Below are positions 55,232 to 64,000 of a DNA stretch of 64,000 nt, piece by piece. Origin of the DNA: Bacillota bacterium (GTDB lineage Bacteria > Bacillota > Clostridia > Tissierellales > Peptoniphilaceae); contig JAEZXH010000004.1 in the NCBI GenBank assembly GCA_023442775.1, forward strand, positions 9,511 to 73,510, written 5' to 3'. Position 1 is the first letter of the stretch. Each line of letters begins with the position of its first letter. The translations under genes were made by a program, and so were the position numbers. The notes under the pieces were generated by a model. It ran no database searches, was not told the DNA's origin, and worked only from the letters and a program-made list of their open reading frames with translations.

Positions 55232-55978
55232 ATGGGTCAAAAGGTAAATCCTAAGGGACTTCGCGTCGGCATCATCAAGGACTGGGAGTCCAAGTGGTAC
55301 GCAGATAAAAAGAATTTTAGCGAGCTCCTCCTCGAGGACAACCAGCTCCGCAAGCTCATCAAGACCAAGCTCTTCCAAGCTGGGATTGCAAACGTCCAAA
55401 TCGAGCGCGCGGCCAACAAGGTGAAGATCACCATCCACACCGCAAAGCCCGGGATGGTCATCGGTCGCCAAGGTGCTGGCGTGGAAGAACTCCGTCAAGA
55501 ACTCGAGAAGTTCACGAAGAAGAGCGTCGTCGTCAACGTGGAAGAAGTTCGCTTCCCCGACCTCGATGCACAACTCGTCGCCGAAAACATTGCGGGTCAA
55601 TTGGAGCGCCGTGTCTCCTTCCGTCGTGCGATGAAGCAAGCGATGCAACGCACCATGCGCCTTGGCGCCAAGGGTATCAAGACCGCTGTGTCCGGTCGTC
55701 TTGGCGGGGCTGACATCGCCCGTACCGAAGGCTACAACGAAGGGACCATCCCCCTTCAAACCCTGCGTGCTGACATCGACTACGGGTTTGCAGAAGCAAA
55801 CACCACCTACGGGAAGATTGGGGTTAAGGTCTGGCTCTACAAGGGCGAAGTGCTCCCCCAAGTTCCCCGTGAACGCAGAGGTCGCAGAAACCGTCGTGAC
55901 GGCGGGCGCGATGGCCGCGGCAACAACCGCAGAAGAGGGGCCTCGAACCGTCGTAACAACGAAGGTCAAAACGCCTAA
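55232..55978 (+). CDS. rpsC: 30S ribosomal protein S3 (with Arg/Gly/Asn-rich C-terminal tail)
   Basis: [24 protein letters not shown]. The tail reads [36 protein letters not shown]. Confidence 0.96.
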   Translation: MGQKVNPKGLRVGIIKDWESKWYADKKNFSELLLEDNQLRKLIKTKLFQAGIANVQIERAANKVKITIHTAKPGMVIGRQGAGVEELRQELEKFTKKSVVVNVEEVRFPDLDAQLVAENIAGQLERRVSFRRAMKQAMQRTMRLGAKGIKTAVSGRLGGADIARTEGYNEGTIPLQTLRADIDYGFAEANTTYGKIGVKVWLYKGEVLPQVPRERRGRRNRRDGGRDGRGNNRRRGASNRRNNEGQNA

Positions 55979-55995
55979 ACGAGGAGGGAACAGCT

Positions 55996-56433
55996 ATGTT
56001 AATGCCTAAGAGAGTCAAATACCGCCGCGTACACCGCGGTCGCATGAAGGGGAACGCCCACCGCGGCAACACCCTCACTTATGGGGATTATGGCCTCCAA
56101 GCTCTGGAGCCCTCCTGGATTACGTCGAACCAAATCGAAGCGGCTCGTCGTGCGATGACGCGTCACATCCGCCGTGGCGGGAACATCTGGATCAAGGTCT
56201 TCCCCGACAAGCCCGTGACGGAAAAGCCCGCTGAAACCCGGATGGGTTCTGGTAAGGGTGCTCCCGAGTACTGGGTCGCCGTCGTCAAGCCCGGACGCGT
56301 GCTCTTCGAAATGAGCGGTGTCCCCGAAGATGTGGCCCGTGAAGCAATGCGTCTTGCTGCCATGAAGCTTCCCATCAAGACGAAGTTCGTGGCGAAGATG
56401 GAGGAAAAGGACGGTGAGTCGAATGAAAACTAA
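55996..56433 (+). CDS. rplP: 50S ribosomal protein L16
   Basis: [19 protein letters not shown]. Confidence 0.97.
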   Translation: MLMPKRVKYRRVHRGRMKGNAHRGNTLTYGDYGLQALEPSWITSNQIEAARRAMTRHIRRGGNIWIKVFPDKPVTEKPAETRMGSGKGAPEYWVAVVKPGRVLFEMSGVPEDVAREAMRLAAMKLPIKTKFVAKMEEKDGESNEN

Positions 56434-56629
56434 GGAAATTCGCCAAATGTCCACGGAGCAACTGGACAAGAAGGTCACCGAGCTCAAGGGTGAGCTTTTC
56501 AACCTTCGTTTCCAACTCGCCACCGGACAGCTCGACAATCCCGCGAACATCAAGGCCGTGAAGAAGGACATCGCACGGGTCAAGACCATTCTTCGCGAGA
56601 GAGAACTCGGCGAGACGAAGGAGGCGTAA
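56423..56629 (+). CDS. rpmC: 50S ribosomal protein L29
   Basis: [34 protein letters not shown] 56423 is preferred over the upstream GTG. Confidence 0.93.
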   Translation: MKTKEIRQMSTEQLDKKVTELKGELFNLRFQLATGQLDNPANIKAVKKDIARVKTILRERELGETKEA

Positions 56630-56632
56630 GAA

Positions 56633-56887
56633 ATGGAAAGAAATAGTCGTAAAACCATTGTCGGTACCGTCGTCAGCGACAAGATGGACAAGACCATCGT
56701 CATCGCCGTCGAGTCCTTCGTCACCCACCCCCTCTACGGAAAGCGTACGAAGAGAACGACGAAGTTCAAGGCCCACGATGCCGAGAACGCATGCGGTATT
56801 GGCGATCGCGTTCGCATCATGGAGACGAGAAAGCTCTCCAAGGACAAGAACTGGCGCCTCGTCGAAATCATCGAGCGCGCGAAATAA
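56633..56887 (+). CDS. rpsQ: 30S ribosomal protein S17
   Basis: [17 protein letters not shown]...HPLYGKR. Confidence 0.96.
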   Translation: MERNSRKTIVGTVVSDKMDKTIVIAVESFVTHPLYGKRTKRTTKFKAHDAENACGIGDRVRIMETRKLSKDKNWRLVEIIERAK

Positions 56888-56911
56888 GAGCTTTGGAAGG
56901 AGGAAACCCTC

Positions 56912-57280
56912 ATGTTACAACAAGAATCTAGAATGCGGGTGGCCGATAACTCCGGAGCTCGTGAGCTCGGAATTATCAAGGTCCTCGGTGGTTCCAAGCG
57001 CCGCGTGGCCAACATTGGCGACATCGTAGTCTGCAGCGTCAAGACTGCAACGCCCGGTGGCGTGGTCAAGAAGGGACAAGTGGTCAAGGCCGTCATCGTC
57101 CGTTCCACCAAGGGCATTCGTCGTAGCGACGGATCCTACATCCGCTTCGACGACAACGCAGCTGTCATCATCAAAGACGATAAGAGCCCGGTGGGGACCC
57201 GTATCTTTGGGCCCGTCACCCGTGAGCTTCGGAGAGAGAACTTCATGAAGATCATCTCCTTGGCTCCTGAGGTCCTGTAA
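56912..57280 (+). CDS. rplN: 50S ribosomal protein L14
   Basis: [18 protein letters not shown]. Confidence 0.97.
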   Translation: MLQQESRMRVADNSGARELGIIKVLGGSKRRVANIGDIVVCSVKTATPGGVVKKGQVVKAVIVRSTKGIRRSDGSYIRFDDNAAVIIKDDKSPVGTRIFGPVTRELRRENFMKIISLAPEVL

Positions 57281-57293
57281 GGAGGCGCGACTG

Positions 57294-57605
57294 ATGAAGA
57301 TTAAAACTGGCGATACGGTCAAGGTCATTGCCGGCAAGGATAAGGGTAAGACGGGGAAGGTCTTGAAGTGCTTCCCGAAACTCGATAAGGTCGTCGTCGA
57401 AGGCGTGGCCATGGTGACGAAGCACCAAAAGCCCCGCGGACCGAAAAATCCTGGCGGCATCACGAAGATGGAGGCCCCCATTCACGTCTCCAACGTCATG
57501 TACTACGACACGAAGTCCCAAAAGACCACCCGCATCGGCTACCGCGTAGAAAACGGCAAGAAGGTCCGTATCGCGAAGCGCGACGGCAACGTCTTGGACA
57601 AGTAA
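57294..57605 (+). CDS. rplX: 50S ribosomal protein L24
   Basis: [23 protein letters not shown] (KOW motif). Confidence 0.96.
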   Translation: MKIKTGDTVKVIAGKDKGKTGKVLKCFPKLDKVVVEGVAMVTKHQKPRGPKNPGGITKMEAPIHVSNVMYYDTKSQKTTRIGYRVENGKKVRIAKRDGNVLDK

Positions 57606-57618
57606 GAGGAGGCCATTC

Positions 57619-58161
57619 ATGACGTCTAGACTTAAAGAAAAATACACTGGCGAAGTCGTCAAGTACCTCATGGAGAAGTTCGAATACAAGAACCCCATGG
57701 AAGTGCCCAAGCTCGAGAAGGTCGTCATCAACATCGGACTTGGTGAAGCCAAGGACAACCCCAAGGCCCTCGAGAGTGCCATGAACGATCTGACGATCAT
57801 CGCAGGTCAAAGGCCCATCGTGACCACGGCAAAGAAGAGCATCGCAAACTTCAAGCTCCGTGAAGGCAACAAGATTGGTTGCAAGGTCACCCTTCGTGGC
57901 GAGAAGATGTACGACTTCCTCGACAAGCTCATGAACGTGGCTCTTCCCCGCGTGCGTGACTTCCGCGGCGTCAGCGCCACCGCCTTTGACGGACGTGGGA
58001 ACTACTCCCTCGGCCTCAAGGAACAACTCATCTTCCCTGAAATTGAGTACGACAAGATCGACGCTCTGCGCGGCATGAACGTGGTCATTGTCACCAGCGC
58101 GAACACCGACGAAGAAGCTAAGGCATTCCTCGAAAAGCTCGGCATGCCTTTCGCGAAATAA
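57619..58161 (+). CDS. rplE: 50S ribosomal protein L5
   Basis: RLKEKY...[20 protein letters not shown]. Confidence 0.97.
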   Translation: MTSRLKEKYTGEVVKYLMEKFEYKNPMEVPKLEKVVINIGLGEAKDNPKALESAMNDLTIIAGQRPIVTTAKKSIANFKLREGNKIGCKVTLRGEKMYDFLDKLMNVALPRVRDFRGVSATAFDGRGNYSLGLKEQLIFPEIEYDKIDALRGMNVVIVTSANTDEEAKAFLEKLGMPFAK

Positions 58162-58171
58162 GGAGGTCTCC

Positions 58172-58357
58172 ATGGCAAAGAAATCCATGATCGCAAAGCA
58201 AAAGAGAAAGCCAAAGTTTTCCACGAGAGCCTACACCCGTTGCAACATCTGTGGCCGTCCCCACTCCGTGCTTCGCAAGTATGGGATCTGCAGAATTTGT
58301 TTCCGTGAATTGGCCTACAAGGGCGAAATTCCCGGCGTGAAGAAGGCTAGCTGGTAA
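58172..58357 (+). CDS. rpsZ: 30S ribosomal protein S14 type Z (zinc-binding)
   Basis: 61 aa. CNICGRPH...CRICFRELA is a CxxC...CxxC motif. Start moved to ATG 58172 after AAGGAGG. Confidence 0.95.
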   Translation: MAKKSMIAKQKRKPKFSTRAYTRCNICGRPHSVLRKYGICRICFRELAYKGEIPGVKKASW

Positions 58358-58378
58358 GAGCCGAGAGGAGGCAACATT

Positions 58379-58774
58379 ATGATGACTGATCCCATCGCGG
58401 ATATGCTTACTCGGATTCGCAACGGTGTAAACGCCAAGCACAAGGAAATCACCGTTCCGAGTTCCAACATCAAGAAAGAAATTGCACGCATCCTCTTGGA
58501 AGAGGGCTACATCAAGGGCTACGATGTCACCGAAGACAACAAGCAAGGGATGATTCGCATCGAGCTCAAGTACAGCCGTGAAGGCGAGAAGGTCATTTCT
58601 GGGATCAAGCGCATCTCCAAGCCCGGCCTTCGCGTCTACGCAAAGGCTGGGGAAGTGCCGAAGGTCCTCGGAGGACTTGGCATCGCCATCGTCTCCACGT
58701 CCAAGGGCATTGTCACTGACAGAGCCGCCAGAGCGCAAGGCGTCGGTGGAGAGGTTCTCTGCTACGTCTGGTAA
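58379..58774 (+). CDS. rpsH: 30S ribosomal protein S8
   Basis: [14 protein letters not shown]. Confidence 0.97.
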   Translation: MMTDPIADMLTRIRNGVNAKHKEITVPSSNIKKEIARILLEEGYIKGYDVTEDNKQGMIRIELKYSREGEKVISGIKRISKPGLRVYAKAGEVPKVLGGLGIAIVSTSKGIVTDRAARAQGVGGEVLCYVW

Positions 58775-58788
58775 CCGGGAGGTAGAGT

Positions 58789-59328
58789 ATGTCTAGAATT
58801 GGAAAGAAACCCATCGAAATCCCCGCTGGTGTCGAGATTAAGGTCTCCGATGCCAACGTCGTGGAAGTCAAGGGTCCGAAGGGCACCTTGACCGAGGCCG
58901 TCGACAAAGGGATCGAGCTCGTGATCGAAGAGGGCACCTTGACGGTCAACCGCCCCAACGACACGAAGAAGTATCGTGCTCTCCACGGCTTGTATCGCGC
59001 CCTCATCGCCAACATGGTGGAAGGGGTCACCAACGGTTATGTGAAAGAACTTGACATCATCGGGACCGGATACCGTGCTGCAAAGAACGGCAAGAAGCTC
59101 TCTTTGAACCTCGGATTCTCCCACCCCCTCGAACTCGAAGATCCCGAGGGAATCGAAGTGGAAGTCCCGAACAACACCCGCATCGTCGTGCGCGGGATCG
59201 ACAAACAAAAGGTCGGCCAATACGCGGCACACATCCGCAGCTATCGTCGTCCTGAACCCTACAAGGGCAAGGGGATTCGCTATGTGGATGAACACGTCCG
59301 TCGTAAGGTCGGGAAGACCGGTAAGTAA
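58789..59328 (+). CDS. rplF: 50S ribosomal protein L6
   Basis: [18 protein letters not shown]. Confidence 0.97.
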   Translation: MSRIGKKPIEIPAGVEIKVSDANVVEVKGPKGTLTEAVDKGIELVIEEGTLTVNRPNDTKKYRALHGLYRALIANMVEGVTNGYVKELDIIGTGYRAAKNGKKLSLNLGFSHPLELEDPEGIEVEVPNNTRIVVRGIDKQKVGQYAAHIRSYRRPEPYKGKGIRYVDEHVRRKVGKTGK

Positions 59329-59339
59329 GGGGGGATCAC

Positions 59340-59702
59340 GTGTTTAAGAAAATCGATAAGAACGCAGTGCGCGTCAAGCGTCACGCTCGTGCGAGACAAA
59401 AGATTAGTGGCACAGATCTTAAGCCCCGCCTCTCCGTGTTCCGCAGTGGCAAGCACATCTACGCCCAACTCATCGACGACGAAAAGGGTCACACCCTCGC
59501 CAGCGCTTCGAGCCTCGACAAGGGTCTTGGCCTTAGCCAAACGGGCAACGTCGAAGCGGCAAAAGCCGTGGGCAGCGCCATTGCCAAGCGCGCTCTTGAA
59601 GCAGGAATCAAGGAAGTCGTCTTCGACCGCGGTGGTTACATCTACCACGGCCGCGTGAAGGCACTTGCCGAAGCCGCGCGTGAAGCCGGCTTGGAATTCT
59701 AA
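59340..59702 (+). CDS. rplR: 50S ribosomal protein L18
   Basis: [18 protein letters not shown]...[19 protein letters not shown] start. Confidence 0.95.
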   Translation: MFKKIDKNAVRVKRHARARQKISGTDLKPRLSVFRSGKHIYAQLIDDEKGHTLASASSLDKGLGLSQTGNVEAAKAVGSAIAKRALEAGIKEVVFDRGGYIYHGRVKALAEAAREAGLEF

Positions 59703-59717
59703 GAAGGAGGGGAAAGT

Positions 59718-60224
59718 TTGAAACGTCCTATTATTGATGCAGGAGCCCTGGACCTCGAAGAAAACGTCGTGGCCATCAACCGGGTTGCCAAGGTCGTCAA
59801 GGGGGGTACGAACCTTCGCTTCGCCGCTCTCGTCGTCGTCGGTGACAGAAATGGTCACGTTGGCGTGGGAACCGGGAAGGCCCTCGAAGTGCCTGAAGCC
59901 ATTCGTAAGGCCACCCAAGACGCTCGTAAGAACCTCATGAAGGTCAACCTCGTTGGGACCACCATTCCCCACGAAGTTACCGGCGTCTTCGGCGCAGGTC
60001 GTGTCTTCTTAAAGCCCGCTGCTCCCGGTACCGGGGTCATCGCCGGCGGTGCGGTCCGTGCCGTCTGTGAATTGGTTGGAATTAGCGACATTCGTGCAAA
60101 AAACATCGGCACGAACAACCCCAGAAATACGGTCAACGCAACCTTGGAAGCTCTGAAGAACCTCCACACTGCTGAAAGTGTCGCCAGAAAGCGCGGCAAG
60201 ACCGTGGAAGAAATCCTTGGATAA
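59718..60224 (+). CDS. rpsE: 30S ribosomal protein S5
   Basis: [30 protein letters not shown] start after AAGGAGG. Confidence 0.96.
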   Translation: MKRPIIDAGALDLEENVVAINRVAKVVKGGTNLRFAALVVVGDRNGHVGVGTGKALEVPEAIRKATQDARKNLMKVNLVGTTIPHEVTGVFGAGRVFLKPAAPGTGVIAGGAVRAVCELVGISDIRAKNIGTNNPRNTVNATLEALKNLHTAESVARKRGKTVEEILG

Positions 60225-60237
60225 GGGGGAAAGCTTC

Positions 60238-60414
60238 ATGGAAACGATTCGTATCAAGCTCAAGAAGAGCCCCATCGGTCGGATGGAAAACCACAAGCGT
60301 ACGGTGAAGGCCCTTGGCTTCAAGCGTGTTGGCCAAATCATCGAAAAGGAAGATACGCCCCAAATCCGCGGGATGATCAACAACATCAGCTTCATGGTTG
60401 AAGTGCTGGACTAA
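60238..60414 (+). CDS. rpmD: 50S ribosomal protein L30
   Basis: 58 aa. [25 protein letters not shown]. Start moved to ATG 60238. Confidence 0.94.
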   Translation: METIRIKLKKSPIGRMENHKRTVKALGFKRVGQIIEKEDTPQIRGMINNISFMVEVLD

Positions 60415-60427
60415 GGAGGTGCATCCA

Positions 60428-60877
60428 ATGAAACTGCATAATCTCCGCCCCGCAGAGGGTGGTGCTGTCAAGGCGAAGAAGCGCCTCGGTCGCGGGATTG
60501 CCTCCGGCACCGGTAAGACTGCTGGTCGTGGACACAAGGGTCAAAAGGCCCGTTCCGGCGGCGGCGTACGTCCTGGGTTTGAAGGGGGACAAATGCCTTT
60601 GTTCCGCCGTTTGCCCAAGCGCGGATTCACCAATATCTTTAAGAAGCAATACGCCATCGTCAACCTCGACGATCTCCAAGCTTTCGGCGCAGGGGAGACG
60701 GTGGACCTCGAAGCTCTCATTGCGAAGGGCCTCGTGAAAAAGGCAAAGGCGAAGGATGGGTTGCGCGTCCTCGGCAGTGGAGAGATTTCTCAAGCTCTCA
60801 CCGTCAAGGCCAACCACTTCTCCAAGTCTGCAAAGGAAAAGATCGAATCGGCAGGAGGAAAGGCCGAGGTGATCTGA
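60428..60877 (+). CDS. rplO: 50S ribosomal protein L15
   Basis: [39 protein letters not shown]. Start moved to ATG 60428. Confidence 0.96.
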   Translation: MKLHNLRPAEGGAVKAKKRLGRGIASGTGKTAGRGHKGQKARSGGGVRPGFEGGQMPLFRRLPKRGFTNIFKKQYAIVNLDDLQAFGAGETVDLEALIAKGLVKKAKAKDGLRVLGSGEISQALTVKANHFSKSAKEKIESAGGKAEVI

Positions 60878-60878
60878 G

Positions 60879-62156
60879 ATGTTGAAGACCTTCAGGGATG
60901 CCTGGAGAATCCCGGAGATCCGTAAAAAGATTCTCTTCACGCTGTTTATGCTCTTCATTTACCGCGTGGGCTCCGCGATTCCTGTCCCCTTCATGGACAA
61001 GAACGCCATCGCTGTCATGATCAACAATTCTCAAAACTCGATTCTGGGGATGATGGACCTCTTCGCAGGAGGAAACCTACGTCAGTTTACGATTTTTGCC
61101 GCGAACATTTACCCGTATATCACCGCTTCCATCGTCTTGCAACTCTTGACGATTGCCATCCCGAGCCTCGAAGCCCTCTCGAAAGAGGGAGAGACGGGAC
61201 GCAAGCAAATTGCGAAGTACACCCGGTACCTTACCGTGGTTCTCGCAGCCATCACCGCCATTGGATATTCCTTTGGCCTCTTCCGCAGCATGGTCATGAC
61301 GGACTCCTTGCTCTCCAAGGCCGTCATCGTCCTCTCCATCGTCGCAGGAACCATGTTCCTCGTCTGGGTGGGTGAGCAGATTACCGAACGCGGAATCGGA
61401 AACGGCATCAGCCTCTTGATCTTTACCGGGATCGTGGCGCGCTTCCCCGATGACATCATTCGCTCCATTGCGCTTGTCCAAGCGGGTCGCGTCCACTGGG
61501 CCTATCTCATCCTCTTCGTTCTCGTGTTCCTCTTGATCGTCGTGGTCGTGGTCATGATGAACGAAGGAGAACGCCGCATCCCCGTCCAATACGCAAAGCG
61601 CGTCGTGGGACGTAAGATGTACGGCGGACAGTCCACCCACATTCCTGTGAAGGTCATGATGAGCGGTGTCATGCCCATCATCTTTGCAAACTCCATCGTG
61701 GGTCTGCCCTTGATGATTGCCCAGTTCCGTCCTCGCAGTGGGTTTGCCGCCTTCGTTCAAAAGTGGTTCTCCTATGTGCAGATGCCTGGCCTCATCATCT
61801 ACTCGCTGGTGAGTGTGATCCTCATCATCTTCTTCGCGTTCTTCTACACCACGATTCAATTCAACACCGTAGAATACTCGAAGAATCTCCAGCAAAACGG
61901 AGGGTTCATCCCCGGGATTCGTCCTGGCCGGTCCACCTCTGATTACTTGGGACGCGTGGTCAACCGCCTCGTGCTTCCCGGCGCCATCGTGCTTTCGATT
62001 CTCGCAGTGGCTCCCTACTTCTTAGGGTATGCCTCGGGACTTCAATTCAACTTCGGTGGCACTTCTATGATCATCGTCGTCGGGGTCATCCTCGAAACTG
62101 CCCGCGTCATTGAGCAACACATGCTCATGCGCCACTACCGTGGTTTCTTGAAATAA
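60879..62156 (+). CDS. secY: preprotein translocase subunit SecY
   Basis: 425 aa, 10 TM helices. IRKKILFTLFMLFIYRVGSAIPVP and GISLLIF motifs. Confidence 0.97.
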   Translation: MLKTFRDAWRIPEIRKKILFTLFMLFIYRVGSAIPVPFMDKNAIAVMINNSQNSILGMMDLFAGGNLRQFTIFAANIYPYITASIVLQLLTIAIPSLEALSKEGETGRKQIAKYTRYLTVVLAAITAIGYSFGLFRSMVMTDSLLSKAVIVLSIVAGTMFLVWVGEQITERGIGNGISLLIFTGIVARFPDDIIRSIALVQAGRVHWAYLILFVLVFLLIVVVVVMMNEGERRIPVQYAKRVVGRKMYGGQSTHIPVKVMMSGVMPIIFANSIVGLPLMIAQFRPRSGFAAFVQKWFSYVQMPGLIIYSLVSVILIIFFAFFYTTIQFNTVEYSKNLQQNGGFIPGIRPGRSTSDYLGRVVNRLVLPGAIVLSILAVAPYFLGYASGLQFNFGGTSMIIVVGVILETARVIEQHMLMRHYRGFLK

Positions 62157-62165
62157 GGAGGCGCT

Positions 62166-62810
62166 ATGAGACTGATTATTCTTGGACCTCCCGGAGCCGG
62201 GAAGGGTACCCAAGCAGAACGCATTGTCAAGGAATTCGCTGTGCCGCACATCTCCACGGGAGATATCCTGCGCGAGAACATCAAGGCGGGGACGCAGCTC
62301 GGCAAGGAAGCGAAGGCCTACATGGACAAGGGCGAACTCGTCCCCGACGAACTCGTCATTGCCCTCGTGGAGGATCGCCTCTCTCGCGATGATTGCAAGA
62401 GTGGCTTCCTTCTCGATGGTTTTCCCCGTACCGTCGCCCAGGCGGTAAGTCTCGACGCTCTACTCAAGAAACTGGGCGCTCCTCTCGATCGCGCCATCAA
62501 CATTCAAGTCGAGCCCGAAAAACTCGTCGCTCGTGCAGTGGGACGCCGCGTGTGCAAAACCTGTGGCGCCACCTACCACGTCGAATTCAATCCCCCGAAG
62601 GTCGAAGGAAAGTGCGACCTCGATGGATCGGAATTGATTCAACGCGCCGACGACACGAAGGAGACTGTGGAAAATCGCATCCGGGTCTACTTGGAGCAAA
62701 CCTCGCCCCTCGTGGACTACTACCGTGCGCAACACTTGCTCCTCGACGTCGACGGAGACCAGGATATCGACGAGGTCTTTGAGGCGATTGTCAAGGGCCT
62801 CAAGGCTTAA
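62166..62810 (+). CDS. adk: adenylate kinase (zinc-lid type)
   Basis: [13 protein letters not shown]-loop. The lid reads CKTCGATYH...KCDLDG. Confidence 0.97.
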   Translation: MRLIILGPPGAGKGTQAERIVKEFAVPHISTGDILRENIKAGTQLGKEAKAYMDKGELVPDELVIALVEDRLSRDDCKSGFLLDGFPRTVAQAVSLDALLKKLGAPLDRAINIQVEPEKLVARAVGRRVCKTCGATYHVEFNPPKVEGKCDLDGSELIQRADDTKETVENRIRVYLEQTSPLVDYYRAQHLLLDVDGDQDIDEVFEAIVKGLKA

Positions 62811-63073
62811 TGCAGAGTTCATCGAGCCTCGTTCGCGGTCAAGTCGTGCGCTCCATTGCAGGACGCGATGCGGATCGGTTTTTCGTGGTGATGGAGATTG
62901 TGGACGAGAAGACCGTCGCCCTCGTAGACGGAAAACTTCGTCCCCTCGCCCGCCCAAAGATTAAGAAGGTCATTCACCTTCAAAAGACCAACCACATCAT
63001 CGACGTCGCACCGACGGACGTGCCTTTATGCGATCGTTACATTCAAAGACAAATCGCCCATATCGGGGCCTAG
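62810..63073 (+). CDS. KOW-domain RNA-binding protein (L14E-like small protein)
   Basis: 87 aa. GQVVRSIAGRDADRFFVVMEIVDEKTVALVDGKLRPLARPKIKK is typical of the KOW protein found between adk/map and infA in Clostridia-like genomes. Confidence 0.75.
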   Translation: MQSSSSLVRGQVVRSIAGRDADRFFVVMEIVDEKTVALVDGKLRPLARPKIKKVIHLQKTNHIIDVAPTDVPLCDRYIQRQIAHIGA

Positions 63074-63082
63074 GAGGAGACT

Positions 63083-63301
63083 TTGGCGAAAGAAGATGTC
63101 ATTGAGGTAGAAGGCACTGTTGTAGATGCCTTACCCAACACCCATTTCAAAGTAAGACTCGAAAACGGACATGAAATCCTGGCTCACATCTCTGGAAAGT
63201 TGCGGATGAACTACATCCGCATCCTCCCAGGGGATCGGGTCACCGTAGAGCTGTCGCCCTACGACCTCACCCGCGGCCGGATTACTTGGCGGAAGAAGTA
63301 A
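63083..63301 (+). CDS. infA: translation initiation factor IF-1
   Basis: [55 protein letters not shown] start after AGGAGG. Confidence 0.97.
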   Translation: MAKEDVIEVEGTVVDALPNTHFKVRLENGHEILAHISGKLRMNYIRILPGDRVTVELSPYDLTRGRITWRKK

Positions 63302-63313
63302 GAGGAGGGACCC

Positions 63314-63427
63314 ATGAAAGTAAGACCTTCTGTGAAGAAGATGTGCGAAAAGTGCAAGATCATCAAGCGCAACGGACGCGTCATGGTGATTTGCGAAAAC
63401 CCCAAGCATAAGCAAAGACAAGGATAA
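63314..63427 (+). CDS. rpmJ: 50S ribosomal protein L36
   Basis: Translated by hand: [37 protein letters not shown]. It is below the ORF-track length cutoff. RBS GAGGAGGG. Confidence 0.95.
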   Translation: MKVRPSVKKMCEKCKIIKRNGRVMVICENPKHKQRQG

Positions 63428-63441
63428 GGAGGTGGATAACG

Positions 63442-63804
63442 ATGGCTAGAATCGCCGGTATTGACTTACCCCGCGAAAAACGCGTGGAGATTGGCCTGAC
63501 CTACATCTTTGGCATCGGCCGCTCCAGATCTCAAGAAATCTTGAGAAACGCTGGGATTGACTTTAACACCCGCGTGAAGGATCTCACGGAACAAGAAGTG
63601 CAGGCTCTTCGTGAAGAGATCGACAAGTACGACGTGGAAGGGGATCTTCGTCGTGATATTGCCCTCAACATCAAGCGCCTCCGTGAAATCAACTGCTACC
63701 GTGGCATGCGCCACAAGAGAGGACTTCCCGTCCGCGGTCAAAACACGAAGAACAACGCCCGTACCCGCAAGGGTCCGAAGAAGATCGTGTCCAAGAAGAA
63801 GTAA
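63442..63804 (+). CDS. rpsM: 30S ribosomal protein S13
   Basis: [26 protein letters not shown]. Confidence 0.97.
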   Translation: MARIAGIDLPREKRVEIGLTYIFGIGRSRSQEILRNAGIDFNTRVKDLTEQEVQALREEIDKYDVEGDLRRDIALNIKRLREINCYRGMRHKRGLPVRGQNTKNNARTRKGPKKIVSKKK

Positions 63805-63819
63805 AGGAGGGAATGTCTC

Positions 63820-64000
63820 GTGGCAAAGAAGAAAACCACTACGCGCTCGCGCCGTAGAGTCAGAAAGAATATCGAAAAGGGGCAGGCCCATATCGCGAGC
63901 TCCTTTAACAACACCATGGTGACCTTGACCGACATGAGCGGCAACGTCATCTCCTGGGCTAGTGCTGGACAACTCGGTTTCCGTGGTTCCAGAAAGTCCA
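63820..64000 (+). CDS. rpsK: 30S ribosomal protein S11 (5-prime part, truncated by window end)
   Basis: GTG 63820 follows AAGGAGGG. Translation reads [50 protein letters not shown]. Confidence 0.9.
   Translation, partial: MAKKKTTTRSRRRVRKNIEKGQAHIASSFNNTMVTLTDMSGNVISWASAGQLGFRGSRKS

Noticed and set aside
53429-55969. Long antisense ORFs (366 aa and 324 aa) opposite rplW-rplB and rpsC
   Set aside because: They lie opposite universally conserved ribosomal protein genes and have no independent signals.
1-64000. CRISPR arrays, tRNA/rRNA genes, transposases, integrases and prophage blocks
   Set aside because: I looked for regularly spaced direct repeats, cloverleaf-like GC-rich short genes, and recombinase or transposase motifs in the ORF track, and recognised none. 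This was visual inspection only, so small elements could have been missed.

Overview
GC-rich chromosomal segment with Bacillota (Firmicutes)-type gene order. It is almost entirely core or housekeeping, and all calls rest on motifs read from the translations and on conserved synteny; no database search was run.

Left to right:
- ABC exporter, small membrane proteins, a 2-hydroxyacid dehydrogenase and a MATE pump.
- The conserved yaaO-like decarboxylase-tmk-darA-holB-ricT block, followed by a membrane-anchored chlorophyllase-like hydrolase and ferritin.
- On the minus strand, a bioY-bioB-bioD-bioA operon with a BirA-type operator.
- Chorismate mutase, a DASS transporter, arginase, and a TPP-riboswitch-controlled thiT.
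- Two decayed small membrane-protein genes.
- Aminotransferase-proS-murJ, an SLH-domain wall protein, flavodoxin, YbaN, birA and a TRIC channel.
- msrAB, cbiMNQO-ybaK, an ABC-F ATPase and an orphan ATP-grasp gene.
- yybS-gdpP-rplI-dnaB, then pstSCAB-phoPR with Pho boxes.
- An orphan gene fusing an Rx4H (HEPN-like) domain to a PD-(D/E)xK-like domain.
- rplM-rpsI, an ACT/UPF0210/DUF47 trio, and the S10-spc-alpha ribosomal cluster from rpsJ to rpsK (cut by the window end).

I saw no rRNA, tRNA, CRISPR array, transposase or integrase.

The most interesting items are:
- the orphan HEPN-like/REase-like fusion at 47085-48101;
- an ABC-F protein whose second ATP site is degenerate in all its motifs;
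- a 20-nt element repeated upstream of two transporter operons;
- frameshifted gene remnants;
- an unassigned structured tail after the ABC-F gene;
- very compact gene ends, with stop codons sitting inside terminator hairpins.

I cannot show that any of these is a genuinely new multi-gene system; the window is mostly ordinary.
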